Positions 26,785-40,200 of a stretch of 64,000 nucleotides of DNA are shown piece after piece (the first letter of the stretch is position 1; the number at the start of each line of letters is the position of its first letter). This DNA is from an uncultured Acidobacteriota bacterium (GTDB lineage: Bacteria > Acidobacteriota > Thermoanaerobaculia > Multivoradales > UBA5704): positions 1,504,001 to 1,568,000 of the forward strand of contig CAVYRF010000001.1 of the NCBI GenBank assembly GCA_963770895.1. Reading direction: 5' to 3'. Made by a program: the position numbers and the translations under genes. The notes under the pieces were generated by a model, which was not told the DNA's origin, searched no databases, and worked only from the letters and a program-made list of their open reading frames with translations.

Positions 26785-28235
26785 TGAGCGTCGCCGACCG
26801 CCTGTCCTCCTTGAGCCGGGAGCAGCGGGCCCTGTTCGAGCGGCTGCTGCAGCAGCAGAGCCGCCCGGGGGCCCGAACTCCGCCGCCGGTACGCCCGGTC
26901 TCCGGCCCGTCCGGCGTCGGCGACTGGCCTCTCTCCTTCGACCAGGAGCGGGTCTTGCAGCTCCACCGGGACGATCCCGGTCTGGTCGCCTGGAACGTGG
27001 ATGTGGGCAGCCACGTCACGGGCGAGCTGGATGTCCCTCTGTTCCTGGCCGCCTTCCGCGAGGTCGTCCGCCGGCACGCGGCTTGGCGCACCACGTTTCC
27101 GGTCGTGGATGGCCGTCCCGTGCAGCGGGTCCATCCCTGGGTGGAGCCCGGGGCCTGCGTCATCGACTTGAGCGAACTGCCGGCGGCGAGGAAGGAGGAG
27201 ACAGGGCACGCGGCCCTCTACGAGCACACGCGGAACCCGTTCGACCTGGAGGAGGGACCACTGCTGCGCATCGCGCTGGTGCGGCTCGCCGGGCGGGAGC
27301 ATCTGCATCAGGTGACGATCCATCACACGGTCACGGACTGGATCGCCTATCAGATCTTCTTCCAGGAGCTGATCGCCCTGTACGAGGCGTTCCGCGCCGG
27401 CCGTCCCTCGCCGCTGCCGCCGCCGCCCGTGCAGTTCCCCGACTTTGCCGTGTGGGAGCGGGAGTGGCTCCAGGGGGAGGTGCTGGACGAAGAGGCCCGC
27501 TTCTGGCGCCGGGAGCTGGAGGGCTTCCCCTTGGTGCTGGACCTTCCGGCGAGCCGCCCTCGTCCGCCGGTGCAGAGCCAGCGGGGTGGGCTCCTGCGCA
27601 TCGCGGCCGGGTCCGGGCGCACGGACCGCCTGCGAGCGCTGGCGCAGAGGGAGGGGGGCACCATGTTCATGGCGGTGCTGGCTGTCCTCAACGCGCTCGT
27701 GCGGGGCCTCACCGGGCGGGACAGAATCGTGATCGGCTCGAACAGCGCCAACCGGCCCCGGCCGGAGCTGGCGGGGGTGGCCGGCTTCTTCCTCACCCAG
27801 GTGCCCTTCGCGACCGACGTGTCGGGAGATCCCACGTTCCGCGAGCTGCTCGCCCGCACGAAGCGAACGGCCCTGGCGGCCTACGCTCACCAGAACCTGC
27901 CGTTCACCAAGCTGATCGAAGCGCTGGAGCTGGAGCCCGACCCGAGCCGCTACCCGGTCGTGCAGGTCCTCCTTCTGGTCCTGGAGGGGCAGAGCCGGGG
28001 TCGATCCGGGAACCTGGATTTCCGGCCGGTGTGGATCTCCGACGGCAACTCCCGCTGGGACCTCGCGATCGTCCTCTACGACTACCACGACGTCGGTCTC
28101 ACCGGGGCCCTGGAGTACAACGCGGACATCTTCGATGCCCGGGACGCCGAGCGGCTGGTCGGTCGGTTGCTCTCGATCCTCGATGCCGTGGCCACCGACC
28201 CCGACGTCCACCTGTCCGGTCTGGAGCTCAGATGA
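26784..28235 (+). CDS. Free-standing condensation domain protein
   Basis: 'PLSFDQER', 'RHAAWRTTF', active site 'HHTVTDW', 'QFPDFAVWERE'. No A or T domain; coupled to both neighbours. Confidence 0.9.
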   Translation: MSVADRLSSLSREQRALFERLLQQQSRPGARTPPPVRPVSGPSGVGDWPLSFDQERVLQLHRDDPGLVAWNVDVGSHVTGELDVPLFLAAFREVVRRHAAWRTTFPVVDGRPVQRVHPWVEPGACVIDLSELPAARKEETGHAALYEHTRNPFDLEEGPLLRIALVRLAGREHLHQVTIHHTVTDWIAYQIFFQELIALYEAFRAGRPSPLPPPPVQFPDFAVWEREWLQGEVLDEEARFWRRELEGFPLVLDLPASRPRPPVQSQRGGLLRIAAGSGRTDRLRALAQREGGTMFMAVLAVLNALVRGLTGRDRIVIGSNSANRPRPELAGVAGFFLTQVPFATDVSGDPTFRELLARTKRTALAAYAHQNLPFTKLIEALELEPDPSRYPVVQVLLLVLEGQSRGRSGNLDFRPVWISDGNSRWDLAIVLYDYHDVGLTGALEYNADIFDARDAERLVGRLLSILDAVATDPDVHLSGLELR

Positions 28236-31200
28236 GCGTCACCGACCGCCTGGCGGCTCTGGCCCCCGAGCAGCGAGCCCTGTTCGAAAAGCTGCTGGAG
28301 AAGGAGCTCAAGGACGCGCGCACGCACCAGACGGCTCCTCCGATCCTGCCGGTGCCGCGAGACCGTGACCTTCCTCTCTCCTTCGCCCAGCAGCGACTCT
28401 GGCTCATCGACCAGATCGAGCCGGGCAGCCCTGCGTACAACATCCCGCAGGTCCTGCGTCTGGTTGGTGAGCTCGATCCCGGTCTGCTGCAATGGATCTT
28501 CTCCGAAATCGTCCGCCGGCACGAGTCGCTGCGCACGACGTTCATCTCTCGAGAAGACGGTCCCGTGCAGGTGATCGCCTCTCCGGAGCCGCTCGCTCTC
28601 TCGCTCCTCGATCTTTCTCATCTGCCCGCGAAGGAACGCGAATCTCAGGCGCGGGATCTCGCCTTGGCCGCGGCTCGGCGCCCGTTCGACCTGCAGCGGG
28701 GTCCGCTGCTGCGCCTGCTCCTGGTGCGCCTGGTCGAGAGACACCACATCCTGCTCTTGACCATGCACCATATCGTCGCGGATGGCTGGTCCATGGGCAT
28801 CCTGGTCCGCGAGATCATGGCACTGTACACGGCGTTTACCGAAGGCAGACCGTCGACCCTGCCGAAGCTGCCGGTACAGTACGCGGATTTTGCGGTGTGG
28901 CAAGCCTCCTGGTTGCAGGGAGAGGTCCTGGCGAGCGAGATCTCCTTCTGGAAGCGGCAGTTGGCGGGAATGCCGCCGCTCTTGGAGCTGCCCACCGACC
29001 GGCCACGTCCGGCCGTGCAGACCTTCCGCGGCGTCACCCGGCCGTTTCATCTCGAGCCTGGCTCCTCGGACGCCGTGCGCGAGCTGTGCCGGCGCGAAGA
29101 AGCGACCCCCTTCATGGCCCTGCTCGCCTCGTGGGCGGTCCTGCTGGGGCGCCATGCGGGACAGGACGACGTGGTCGTGGGCGCCCCGGTTGCCGGGCGC
29201 AACCGGCGGGAGATCGAAGGATTGATCGGGTTCTTCGTCAACACCCTGGTCCTGCGATCGGATCTGTCCGGAAATCCGAGCTTCCGTGAGCTGCTGCAGC
29301 GAGTGCGCCAGGCGTCGCTCGACGCCTTTGCCCACCCGGATCTCCCCTTCGAGCGGATCGTCGAGGAGATCGGGGTCGAGAGAAACCTGGCGATCTCTCC
29401 GCTCTTTCAGGTGCTCTTCGTTTTTCAGAACGTCCCGGTGGGGAATCTCACCGTGCCGGGGCTGACGCTGTCGCAGATCGACGTGGACGCAGGCATCGCG
29501 AAATTCGATCTCTCCCTGGCCCTGACGGACACGGGAGTCGGGTTTTCGGGCGCTCTCGAATTCGCCACGGACCTGTTTGATGCAACGACCGTGGACCGGC
29601 TTCGGGACCACTTCCGGACCCTGCTGGCAAGTGCCATGTCCGATCCGCAACGGCGCCTGGCGGAGCTGCCGTTGCTGGCGATCGGCGAGCTGCACCAGAT
29701 CCTTTGGGAGTGGAACGATGCTCCAGGTTGGGACGGGTCTGCGTGCGTCCACCACCTCATCGAGACGCAGGCGCGGCGGAGGCCGGAGCTGGCTGCCGTT
29801 CTGACCTCGGATGGAATGGAGATCTCCTATGGCGAGCTCGACCGGCTGGCAGACAGGCTCGCGTTGAGACTGCGCGCGCTCGGTGTGCTGCCGGATGACA
29901 GGGTCGGCGTCTGGCTGGATCGGGGCTGGGAAGGAGTCGTGGCTTTGCTCGCTATTCTGAAGGCGGGTGGCTGCTACCTGCCTCTCGACCCGGCCTACCC
30001 GCGCGAGCGATTGGGATTCATGCTGTCTGACGCTGCGGCACCAGTGATCGTGACGCGCGACGGATTGGTCGAAGCCCAGCCTGTGCAGGGCGTCCGCCTG
30101 CTCTCGCTCGATGACTTCTGGGAGGGCGATCGGCCTCGCGAGGAGAGGAGAGGAGATCTCCCCGTGGTGGATCTCGACCACCTGTCCTACATCGTCTACA
30201 CCTCCGGCTCGACAGGCCAGCCCAAGGGGGTGGCTCTGCCGCACCGCACACTGGCCAACCTGATCGCTTGGCAGCTTGCCGCCTCGGCGGTACCCGCAGG
30301 GCGGACCCTGCAATTCGCCTCGCCGAGCTTCGACGCGTCGCTGCAGGAGACGCTCGCAACCTGGGCCGCGGGGGGCACGCTGGTCCTGTTGTCCGCGGAC
30401 GACCGCAGAGATCCCGAAGCCGTGCTGCGCCGCTTGTGCGGAGCGCGCGTCGAGCGCCTGTTCCTGCCGTTCGTCGCCCTCCAGCAGATCGCCGTGGCAG
30501 CCTCCCGCGCCGGCGCGCTTCCCCCCCTGCGGGAGGTGATCACCGCGGGCGAGCAGCTCCAGGTGACTCCCGAGGTACGTGCCTTCTTCTCGCGCCTTCC
30601 CGGCTGCGTGTTGCGCAACCAGTACGGGCCGTCCGAGACCCACGTGGTGACCGAGTCTTCGCTGTGGACCGAGCCGTGCGGAGAGGTGGAGGAGTGGCCT
30701 GCCTTGCCGTCCATCGGGCGCCCCATCGCCGGCACCGAGGTCCATCTGCTGGATCCTCAGGGCGAGCTGGTCCCGATCGGAGCCCCAGGGGAAATCTATC
30801 TGGGAGGCCAGGGGCTGGCGCGCGGCTACCTGGGCCGTGCGGACCTGACCGCCGCGCGGTTCCTCCCCGATCCATGGGGTAGCCAGGGTGACCGGCTCTA
30901 TCGAACCGGGGATCTGGCACGCCGCAGTCGCTCGGGCGAGATCGAATTCCTGGGCCGCATCGACCACCAGGTCAAGATCCGCGGATTCCGGGTCGAGCCG
31001 GGGGAGATCGAGGCGGCTCTGGCCGAGCACCCCGGCGTGCGCCAGGCCGTGATCGCCGTCCGGGAGGATCTCCCCGGCGGGCGTGGGCTGGTGGCGTTCG
31101 TGGTGCCGGACGGCGAGCCCGTGCCCGCTGTCGCCGAGCTGCGGCAGTTTCTGCGCGAGCGTCTGCCGGAGTTCATGGTGCCCGGCCACCTTACCTTCCT

Positions 31201-34200
31201 CGACCAGCTGCCGGTCACCCCGAGCGGCAAAGTGGACCGCCGGGCTCTGTCGAAGCTGCGGGTCTTCCCCGAAATTCCCCACCGTGCTGACCGGGCGGAG
31301 GCCACGCCGGCCGCCAGCCGGAGCCCGGTCGAAGAGTTGCTGGCCGGGATCTTCGCCGAGCTGCTCCAGGCGGAGCGAGTGGCTCCCGGCGAGAGCTTCT
31401 TTGATCTCGGCGGCCACTCGCTGCTCGCGACCCAGTTGGTGTCGCGGCTGCGGCTGGTCTTCGGCGTGGAGCTGCCGGTGCGGGCGGTGTTCGAAGCTCC
31501 CACCGTAGCCAGCTTGGCCACGGCCGTGCAACGAGCGCGGCGGAAAGGGGAGGCAGCGCGGCTCCCGCCGCTGGTCCGGGTGGCGCGGGAGGGTCCGCTC
31601 CCCCTGTCGTTCGCCCAGCAGCGGCTCTGGCTCGTCGACCAGCTGCAACCCGGCAGCGCGGCCTACAACATCCCCGTGGCGTTGCGCCTCGCGGGGAGAC
31701 TCGATCCGAGGGCTCTGGCGGCGGCGCTGTCGGAGGTCGTCTGGCGCCACGAAGCGCTGCGCACGGTGTTCGAGCTCGGGCCCGCGGGCGAGCCGGTGCA
31801 GCGGATCCAGCCCAGCGCCCCCGTACCCTTGCCGGTGATCGATCTGCGGGGGCTCTCCTCCCCCGCGGCGGAGTCGATGCGTCTGGCGCGGCAGGAGGCG
31901 AGCCGGCCGTTCGATCTGACCGCGGGACCGGTGCTGCGCGCTGCGCTCGTGTTGTCGGGAGAGCTGGAGCAGGTTCTGCTCCTGACCGTCCACCACATCG
32001 TCAGCGACGGCTGGTCGACGGGGGTGCTCATCCAGGAGCTGGCGACGCTCTACCCGGTAATGGCCCGCGGGGAGGCGTCGCCCTTACCGGAGCTGTCGGT
32101 CCAGTATGCCGATTTCGCCGTGTGGCAGCGACGTTGGCTCACCGGAGAGGTCATGGCGGCGGAGCTGGCGTACTGGCGGGAGCGCCTGGCCGGAGCTCCG
32201 CAGGCGCTGGAGCTGCCCATGGATCGTCCGCGTCCGGCGGTGCAGACTTTCCGCGGCAGGACCCTGTTTCTCTCTCTTCCCACCCCGCTGGAGAGTCTGC
32301 ACGAGCTGGCCCGCCGTCGGCGGGCGACCCTGTTCATGGTTCTCCTGGCCAGCGTCCAGACTCTGCTGGCCCGCCTCGCCGGCCAGTCCGACGTCTCCGT
32401 GGGGACGCCCATCTCCGGCCGCAACCACGCCCAGACCGAGGGGCTGATCGGTTTCTTCGTCAACACGCTCGTGATGCGCTCGGACCTGGCGGACGAGCCG
32501 GCCTTCGGAGCGTTGCTGGAGCGCGTGCGGGAGACCGCCCTGGAGGCCTATGCCCACCAGGACCTGCCGTTCGAGAAGCTGGTGGAGGAGGTGGCGCCGG
32601 AGCGCAACCTGGGCCGGACGCCGCTGTTCCAGGTGATGCTCGTCCTCCAGAACGCCGCGTTAGCAGGCCTGGAGCTGCCGGATCTACGCCTGGAGCCTCT
32701 GCCCGTGGACAGCGGCACGGCAAAGTTCGATCTCACCCTGAGCCTGGGCGAGCATCGCGGCGCCCTCGCGGGGTTCGCCGAGCACAATCGGGACCTCTTC
32801 GATGCGACCACGGTCCGCCGCCTGCTGAGCCAACTGGACAACCTCCTTCAGTCGGCCCTGGCCGCGCCGGAAAGAAACGTCTTCGATCTGGAGCTGATGG
32901 GAGCGGCCGAGCGCCTGCAGGTAGTGCAGGAGTGGAGCGGGGAGGATCTGGCCTACCCGCGGGAGCGCTGCGTCCACGAGCTGTTCGCGGAGCGGGCGGC
33001 GCTCCATCCGGAGGCCCTGGTGGTGTCGTTCCGGGACGAGGCCTGGAGCTATGGGGAGCTGGACCGCCGCTCGGCTCTCGTCGCGGAGCACTTGCGGAGC
33101 CTCGGGATCGGGCCGGAGGTGCCGGTGGGGCTGCTCACCGAGCGCTCGCTCGAGATGGTGGCCGGCGTGCTGGGAATCCTCAAGGCTGGCGGGGCATACG
33201 TGCCGCTGGACTCGTCCTTCCCGGCCGAACGGCTGGAGTGGATGCTGCGGGACACCGGCGCCCCGGTGGTGCTGGTCCAGGAGCGGCGGCTGGGGGATCT
33301 GCCGGCCGGCCCCTGGCGGGCCGTGAGCTTGGAGGGCCTCTGCCAAGGCTCCGAGATGGCTGCCACACCGGGACGGAGCCCTGGCGCGTCCCCGGACAAT
33401 CCGGCCTATGTCCTCTACACCTCGGGCTCGACGGGGGCGCCGAAGGGGGTGGTCGTGCCGCACCGGGCGGTGGTCCGCCTGGTGCGCGGCCGGGGCGACC
33501 TGTGCATCGGCGCCGACGAGGTCTGGCTCCAGCTCGCACCTCTGGCCTTCGACGCCTCGACGTTGGAGATCTGGGGGGCCCTGGCCAACGGCGGACGCCT
33601 GGAAGTCCTTGGACCCGACAAACCGACGATCGAGGAGCTCGGGCGGACGGTCGAGTCCACAGGCGTGACCTCCGTCTGGCTGACGGCGGGTCTCTTCCAC
33701 CAGGTCGCGGAGTCGGACCTGCGGCCCTGGCGGGGTCTGCGCAGGCTCCTGGCCGGGGGGGACGTGCTCTCTCCGGCCCACGTCCGGAGGGCCCTGGAAG
33801 AGCTGCCGGACTGCCGCGTGATCAACGGCTACGGCCCCACGGAGAACACCACCTTCACCTGCTGCCATGACCTGACGGCACCCTCCCAGTTGGAGGGTCC
33901 GGTGCCGATCGGCCGTCCGATCGCCAACACGCGGGTCCATCTGGTGGACCGCCGCGGCCATCCGGTGCCGCCCGGAGCCCCGGGCGAGCTGCTGACGGGA
34001 GGCGACGGCCTGGCCCGCGGCTATCACGGCCGGCCGGACCTCACGGCGGAGCTCTTCGTCCCCGATCCGTTCGCCGGGCAACCGGGAGAGCGGCTCTACC
34101 GCACGGGCGACCTGGCGCGCTGGCGGCCCGGCGGGGAGATCGAATTCCTCGGCCGGATCGACCAGCAGGTCAAGATCCGCGGCTTCCGCGTCGAGCCGGG

Positions 34201-37200
34201 GGAGATCGAGGCGGCGCTGGCAACCCTGCCCGGAGCTCGGGAGGTCGTCGTGGTGGCGCGTGAGGATAGGTCCGGTAACCAGCGGCTGGTCGCCTATGTG
34301 GTCGGGGACGTCGAGGCCGACTCGCTGCGCCGGTCCCTGCGAGAACGGCTGCCGGACTACATGGTGCCTGCCGTCTTCGTGACCCTCGATGCGCTGCCCC
34401 TCACCGCCAATGGCAAGGTCGACCGGAGAGCCCTGCCTGCGCCCGACGGGCCACCTGCCGGCGTCGGCGATCTGGCACCGCGGACACCCGTCGAAGAGAT
34501 CCTCGCAGGAATCTGGGCTGATGTCCTCGGCGTCGGACGGGTCGGAGTGAACGATCACTTTTTCGACCTGGGAGGACACTCGCTGCTGGCAACGCGTGTG
34601 ATGTCGCGTATGCGCGGCGCCTTCGGGGTCGAGATCCCGCTGCGCAGCCTCTTCGAGGCTCCGACGCTGGCGCATTTCGCAGCCCGGATCGAGGCGGCGC
34701 TCCAGGCCCGCGCGGCCGAGCTCGCACCGCCGCTGATTCCCATCCCGCGGACCGGGCCCCTGTCCCTGTCGTTCGGCCAGCAGCGCCTCTGGTTCATTGA
34801 CCAGCTCGCGCCGGGCAGCCCGCTCTACAACATTCCGGCGGTGTTGCGCGCCGAAGGGAGTCTGGACCCTCGGGTCCTGGCGCTCACCCTCGGTGAGATC
34901 GTGCGCCGTCATGAGGCCTTGCGCACGGTCTTCGCTGCGCCGGAAGGCTCACCGGTGCAGGTCATTCAACCCGAGACCCCCTTTCTACTGCACGTGGTGG
35001 ACCTCTCGGGGCTCCCGGAGAGCGCGCGCAAGCCGCTGGCCCACACCCTGGCCTGGGAAGAGGCCGTCCATCCCTTCGATCTCGCTCGCGGCCCCTTGCT
35101 GCGCGTGCTGCTGCTGCGGGTGGCGGAGGGAGACCATGTCGTTGTATTGACCATGCATCACATCGTCAGCGACGGCTGGTCGATGGGCATCCTGGTGGGA
35201 GAGCTGAGAGATCTCTACGAGGCGTTCGCCCAGGGCAGGCCGTCCACCTTGCCGGAGCTGCCGATCCAGTACGCCGATTTTGCGGTCTGGCAGCGGAGCT
35301 GGCTCCAGGGGGAGGCCCTGGAGGCGCAGCTCGATTATTGGAAACACCAGCTCCAGGGGGCGCCCACCGCTCTGGACCTCCCTCTCGACCACCCGCGCCC
35401 GGCGTTGCAGGGCCACCGCGGTGCGAAGCGCCTCGTCGCCCTCCCCGGCCTGCTTTCGGAGGCAATCGGACGCCTGTGCAGCCAGCGGGAGGTGACCCCC
35501 TTCATGACCCTGCTCGCCGCCTGGGCGGTCCTGCTGGGACGCCATGCGAGGCAGGACGACGTGCTCGTGGGCGCGCCGATCGCCGGCCGCAACCGGCGCG
35601 AGATCGAGGGACTGATCGGCTTTTTCGTCAACACGCTGGTGTTGCGTTCGGATCTGTCAGGAACCCCGAGCTTCCATGAGCTCCTGGACCGGGTTCGCCG
35701 CACGGCCCTCGACGCCTTCACCCATCAGGATCTTCCCTTCGAGCGGATCGTCGAGGAGGTCGTCGCCGAGCGGAACCAGGCGATCTCTCCGCTCTTCCAG
35801 GCGGTCTTCGCCCTGCAGAACGCCCCCCTGGAAGACCTGGAGATACCAGGGCTGGTGCTCTCGCCATTCGACGTGGATATGGGCATTGTGAAATTCGATC
35901 TCACCCTGACTCTGCGGGAGAGCCCGGCGGGTTTTGTGGGAGTGCTGGAGTACAACGCGGATCTGTTCGAGGTCAGCACGGTGGATCGCCTGCTGGCTCG
36001 CTTCGAGGCCCTCCTCGCAGCCGCGGTCCAGGAGCCATCCCTGCCCGTGGCGGATCTGCCGATCCTCCTGCTCGGAGAACGGCAGCAAATGCTCGTGGAG
36101 TGGAACGACACGCGCATCCCCCTCTTCCCAGCTGGTCTCCACGAGCTCGTCGAGGCCCAGGTCGACCGCTCTGCGGACACCGTGGCCGTCGTCGCCGGAG
36201 ACGAGTCCCTCACCTACCGCGAGCTGGATCTTCGCGCCGACCGTGTGGGCCATCACCTGCGCACGTTGGGGGTCGGCCCGGACGTCCTCGTCGGCCTCTG
36301 TGCCGAGCGCTCACCGGAGATGGTGATCGGCATGTTGGGCATCCTCAAGGCGGGAGGCGCCTACGTGCCCATCGATCCGGACAATCCCCCGGAGCGTTTC
36401 GCCTTTCTCCTCGCGGATTCAGGGGTCCGGGTGGTGCTGACGCAACGGCATCTGGCGGACCGGATTCCGGCCGCAGAGGTGTGTCTCGTCCTCTTGGACG
36501 GCGAGGTTAGGACCGCGGGCGCACGAGGCGAGAGGCCTCGCGGCGGGGCGCTGCCGGAGAGCCTCGCCTACGTCATCTACACCTCGGGCTCGACCGGCCG
36601 TCCCAAAGGGGTCCTGGTCCCGCACGCCGGTGTGGTGAACCGCCTCCTGTGGGCTCAAGACGCCTACCCGGTGACCGCCGCGGACCGGGTCCTGCACAAG
36701 GCCTCCTTCAGCTTCGATTTCTCGGTGTGGGAGTGCTTCGGACCGCTGATCGCGGGAGCCCGGCTGGTCCTCGCCCGCCCCGGAGAGCAGCGCGATCCCG
36801 CCCAACTGGTCCGCACCATCCGGGAACAGGAGATCACGCTCGTCCACTTCATCCCGTCCATGCTCCAGGTCTTCGTGGCCGAGGAAGGGGTCGAGGCGTG
36901 CACGAGCCTGCGCTATGTCTTCTCCGGCGGCGAGGCGCTTCCCGCGGAGCTTGCGGAGCGCTGCCTCGAGCGGCTGCCGGCGGTGCTGCGCAACCAGTAC
37001 GGCCCCACGGAGATCTCCATCGACACAACCGATTGGATCTGCCGGCCGGAGGACTCTCGCCGGGGCTTCGTCCCCCTGGGGCTTCCCCTCGCCAACACAG
37101 CCCTGTATGTCCTCGATCAGACCCTCTCTCCCATGCCGCCTGGGGTGGCTGGCGAGCTATGCGTGGGAGGCGCGGGAGTGACGCGAGGCTACTGGCAGCG

Positions 37201-40200
37201 GCCGGACCTCACCGCCGAAAAATTCGTCCCCGACCCCTTCTCCGGGCAGCGGAGCGCCCGGCTGTACCGGACCGGCGATCGAGCCCTCCGCCTGCTCGAC
37301 GGCAACGTCAAGTTCCTTGGCCGCATGGATCACCAGGTCAAGATCCGCGGCTTCCGGATCGAGCTCGGAGAGATCGAGGCGACGCTCGCAAGCCATCCCG
37401 CGGTGCGGGAGTGTGTGCTCCTCGTGCGCGAGGATACGCCAGCCTCGCGCCTCCTCGTCGCCTATGTCGTCCTGGAGCCGCAAGCGGAAATCCAGGAGCC
37501 GGGCTCAGACCTCCGCAGCTTCGTGGGCGAGCGGCTGCCCGGATACATGGTGCCGTCCGCCATCGTGGCTCTGGACGCCTTCCCCCTGTCGCCCAATGGC
37601 AAGTTGGACCGGCGGGCTCTGCCGGCTCCGCAGAGCACCCGGACGTCCCGGTCAAAGCGCCGGCGAGCGGCACGTCCGGTTGAAGAGAGCTATACGGCGC
37701 CGTCCAACCCGGTGGAGGAGCTGCTGGCGGGGATCTGGGGCGAGGTCCTGGGGATCCAGCGCGTCGGGATTCATGAGAGCTTCTTTGCTCTTGGCGGGCA
37801 CTCCCTGCTGGCGACGCAGGTGGTGTCGCGCGTCCGGAGCGTGCTCGGCGCGGAGCTGCCGCTGCGCCAGCTCTTTGAATCTCCGACCATCGCGAGCCTC
37901 GCCCGCATCCTGCAGAGCTCGGGGAGCACCGTCCAGGCGCCGCCCATCCTGCCAGTGCAGCGCGACCACGATCTGCCCCTCTCCTTTGCCCAGCAGCGGC
38001 TCTGGCTCGTGGATCAGATCGAGCCGGGCAACCTCGCGTACAACATGCCCCTGGCGCTGCGCCTGACCGGCGGGATCGCGCCCGGGCTGCTGCAGGGGAT
38101 CTTCTCCGAGATCGTCCGCCGGCATGAGGCGCTGCGGACCACGTTCGCGTCGCGCGACGGCTGGCCCGTGCAGGTGATCGCCCCGACGGGGCCGGTCGAG
38201 CTGCCGGTTCTCGACCTTTCCCATTTGCCGGAGAGCGAACGCGAGGCGCAGGCGCGGGATCTGGCGCTTTTCGAGGCCCAACGTCCCTTCGACCTCCGGG
38301 GCGGACCGTTGCTGCGCCTGCTCCTGGTGCGCCTGGCCGGGACGGACCACCTCCTGCTCCTGACCCTCCACCACATCGTCTCGGACGGCTGGTCCACGGG
38401 GGTGATGCTGCGCGAGATCGCGGCTCTTCACGAGGCCTTCTCGCAGGGGCGGCCTTCCCCTCTCGCCGACCTGCCGGTGCAGTACGCCGATTTCGCGGTC
38501 TGGCAGCGGAGCTGGCTGCAGGGCGAGGTCCTCGACGCGCAGCTCGCAGGCTGGAAGCGCCAACTCGCCGGGGCGCCGGCGGTGCTGGAGCTGCCTCTTG
38601 ACCGCCCGCGCCCGGCGATCCAGAGCTACCGCGGCGCGAGACGCCCGGTGGTCCTCTCCTCTCCTCTCTCGGAGGCGGTCGGGCGCCTGTGCCGCCAGCA
38701 AGGGGTGACCCCCTTCATGGCCCTGCTCGCCGCCTGGGCGGTCCTGCTGGGGCGCCACGCGGGAGAGGACGACGTGCTCGTCGGCGCGCCGATCGCCGGG
38801 CGGAACCGGCGGGAGATCGAAGACCTGATCGGGTTCTTCATCAACACTCTGGTGTTGCGCCTGGACCTTTCCGGAGCCCCGAGCCTCGCCGAGTTTCTGG
38901 GCCGGGCGCGCCGGACCGCCCTCGACGCTTTCGCCGGCCAGGACCTCCCTTTCGAGCGCCTGGTCGAAGACCTCGCCCCGGAGCGGTCCCTCGCCTACGC
39001 GCCGCTTTTCCAGGTGATGTTCGTCTTGCAGAACATGCCGGTCGGGGAGCTCGCCGTTCCGGGTCTTGCGATCTCCCCGCTCAACGTGGACGCAGGTCTC
39101 GCGAAATTCGATCTCTCTCTGAACCTGTTCGAGGGCCCGGAAGGGGTTATGGGGACGTTGACGTACGCCGTGGACCTCTTCGACGAGAGCACCGTGGAAC
39201 GGTTGATCGCTGGTTTCCAGACCCTCCTTGCCGCGATGGCCGCGGCCGATCCCGCCGCGCCGCTACACGACCTGGAGGTCCTGCCGGAAGCCGAGCGGCG
39301 GCAGCTCCTGGAGGGGTGGAGCGCCGAGGAGACGGGGGCCTCGGACCTCTCCCTCTACGAGCTGTTCGAACGCCAGGCCGAGCGGACGCCTGACGCCGTG
39401 GCGGTGATCTATGAAGAGGAGTCCTGGACCTACCGGGACCTGCTGCGCCGGAGCCGCGAGATCGCCGGCTTCCTCCGCGAGCAGGGGGTCGGTCCGGAAG
39501 ATCGCGTGGCGATCCTTGACCGGCGTTCGCCGGAGCGGCTCGCCCGGGTCCTGGGCGTGCTCGCTTCCGGAGCGGCGTTCGTGGCAATCGACCGCGAGCA
39601 GCCCCGGGCGCGCCGGGCGGAGGTCCTGGCCGACGTGGCGCCGGTGTGGGTCTTCCCCCCGCAGCCGCCACTCCCGGAAGAGGGAGAAGGGGAGGTGGAG
39701 GCGGGAGTGACCGTCCTCCCGGAGGTCGGCATCGGAGGCTCCCACGTGCCGTGCTCCTGCCAGGGACCCGCCTATGTGGTCTATACGTCCGGCTCCACCG
39801 GACGCCCCAAGGGCATCTTCGCCCATCACCGGGGCGCCGCCACCTACCTGGAGTGGATCGTCCGCAACTACGGCCTCTCGGAATCCGACGTGGCGTTGCA
39901 GCTCGCGCCTCTCACCTTCGACGCCTCCCTGCGCGACACGCTCGCGCCGCTGGCGGCAGGGGGGCGGATCGTGATCGTCCCGGATGACGTGGCGCGCGAT
40001 CCGGCGGCTCTCCTGGAACGAATGGCGGCGCACGGGGTCACCTGCCTGCCGAGCATCGTCCCTTCGCTGCTCCGCCTCCTGGTCGAGGAGGCGCTGGCCG
40101 CGGGCCGGAAGATCCCTTCGCTGCGCCTGCTGCTGGCGAGCGGCGAGAAGCTTCACGGCGCGGACGCCGCGGCGGTCCGGAGGGCCTTCGGCCCTCGGGT

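Noticed and set aside
27083-28231. N-terminal extension of the 4901-aa ORF
   Set aside because: It is an off-frame shadow of the free C gene; the real start is ATG 28232.
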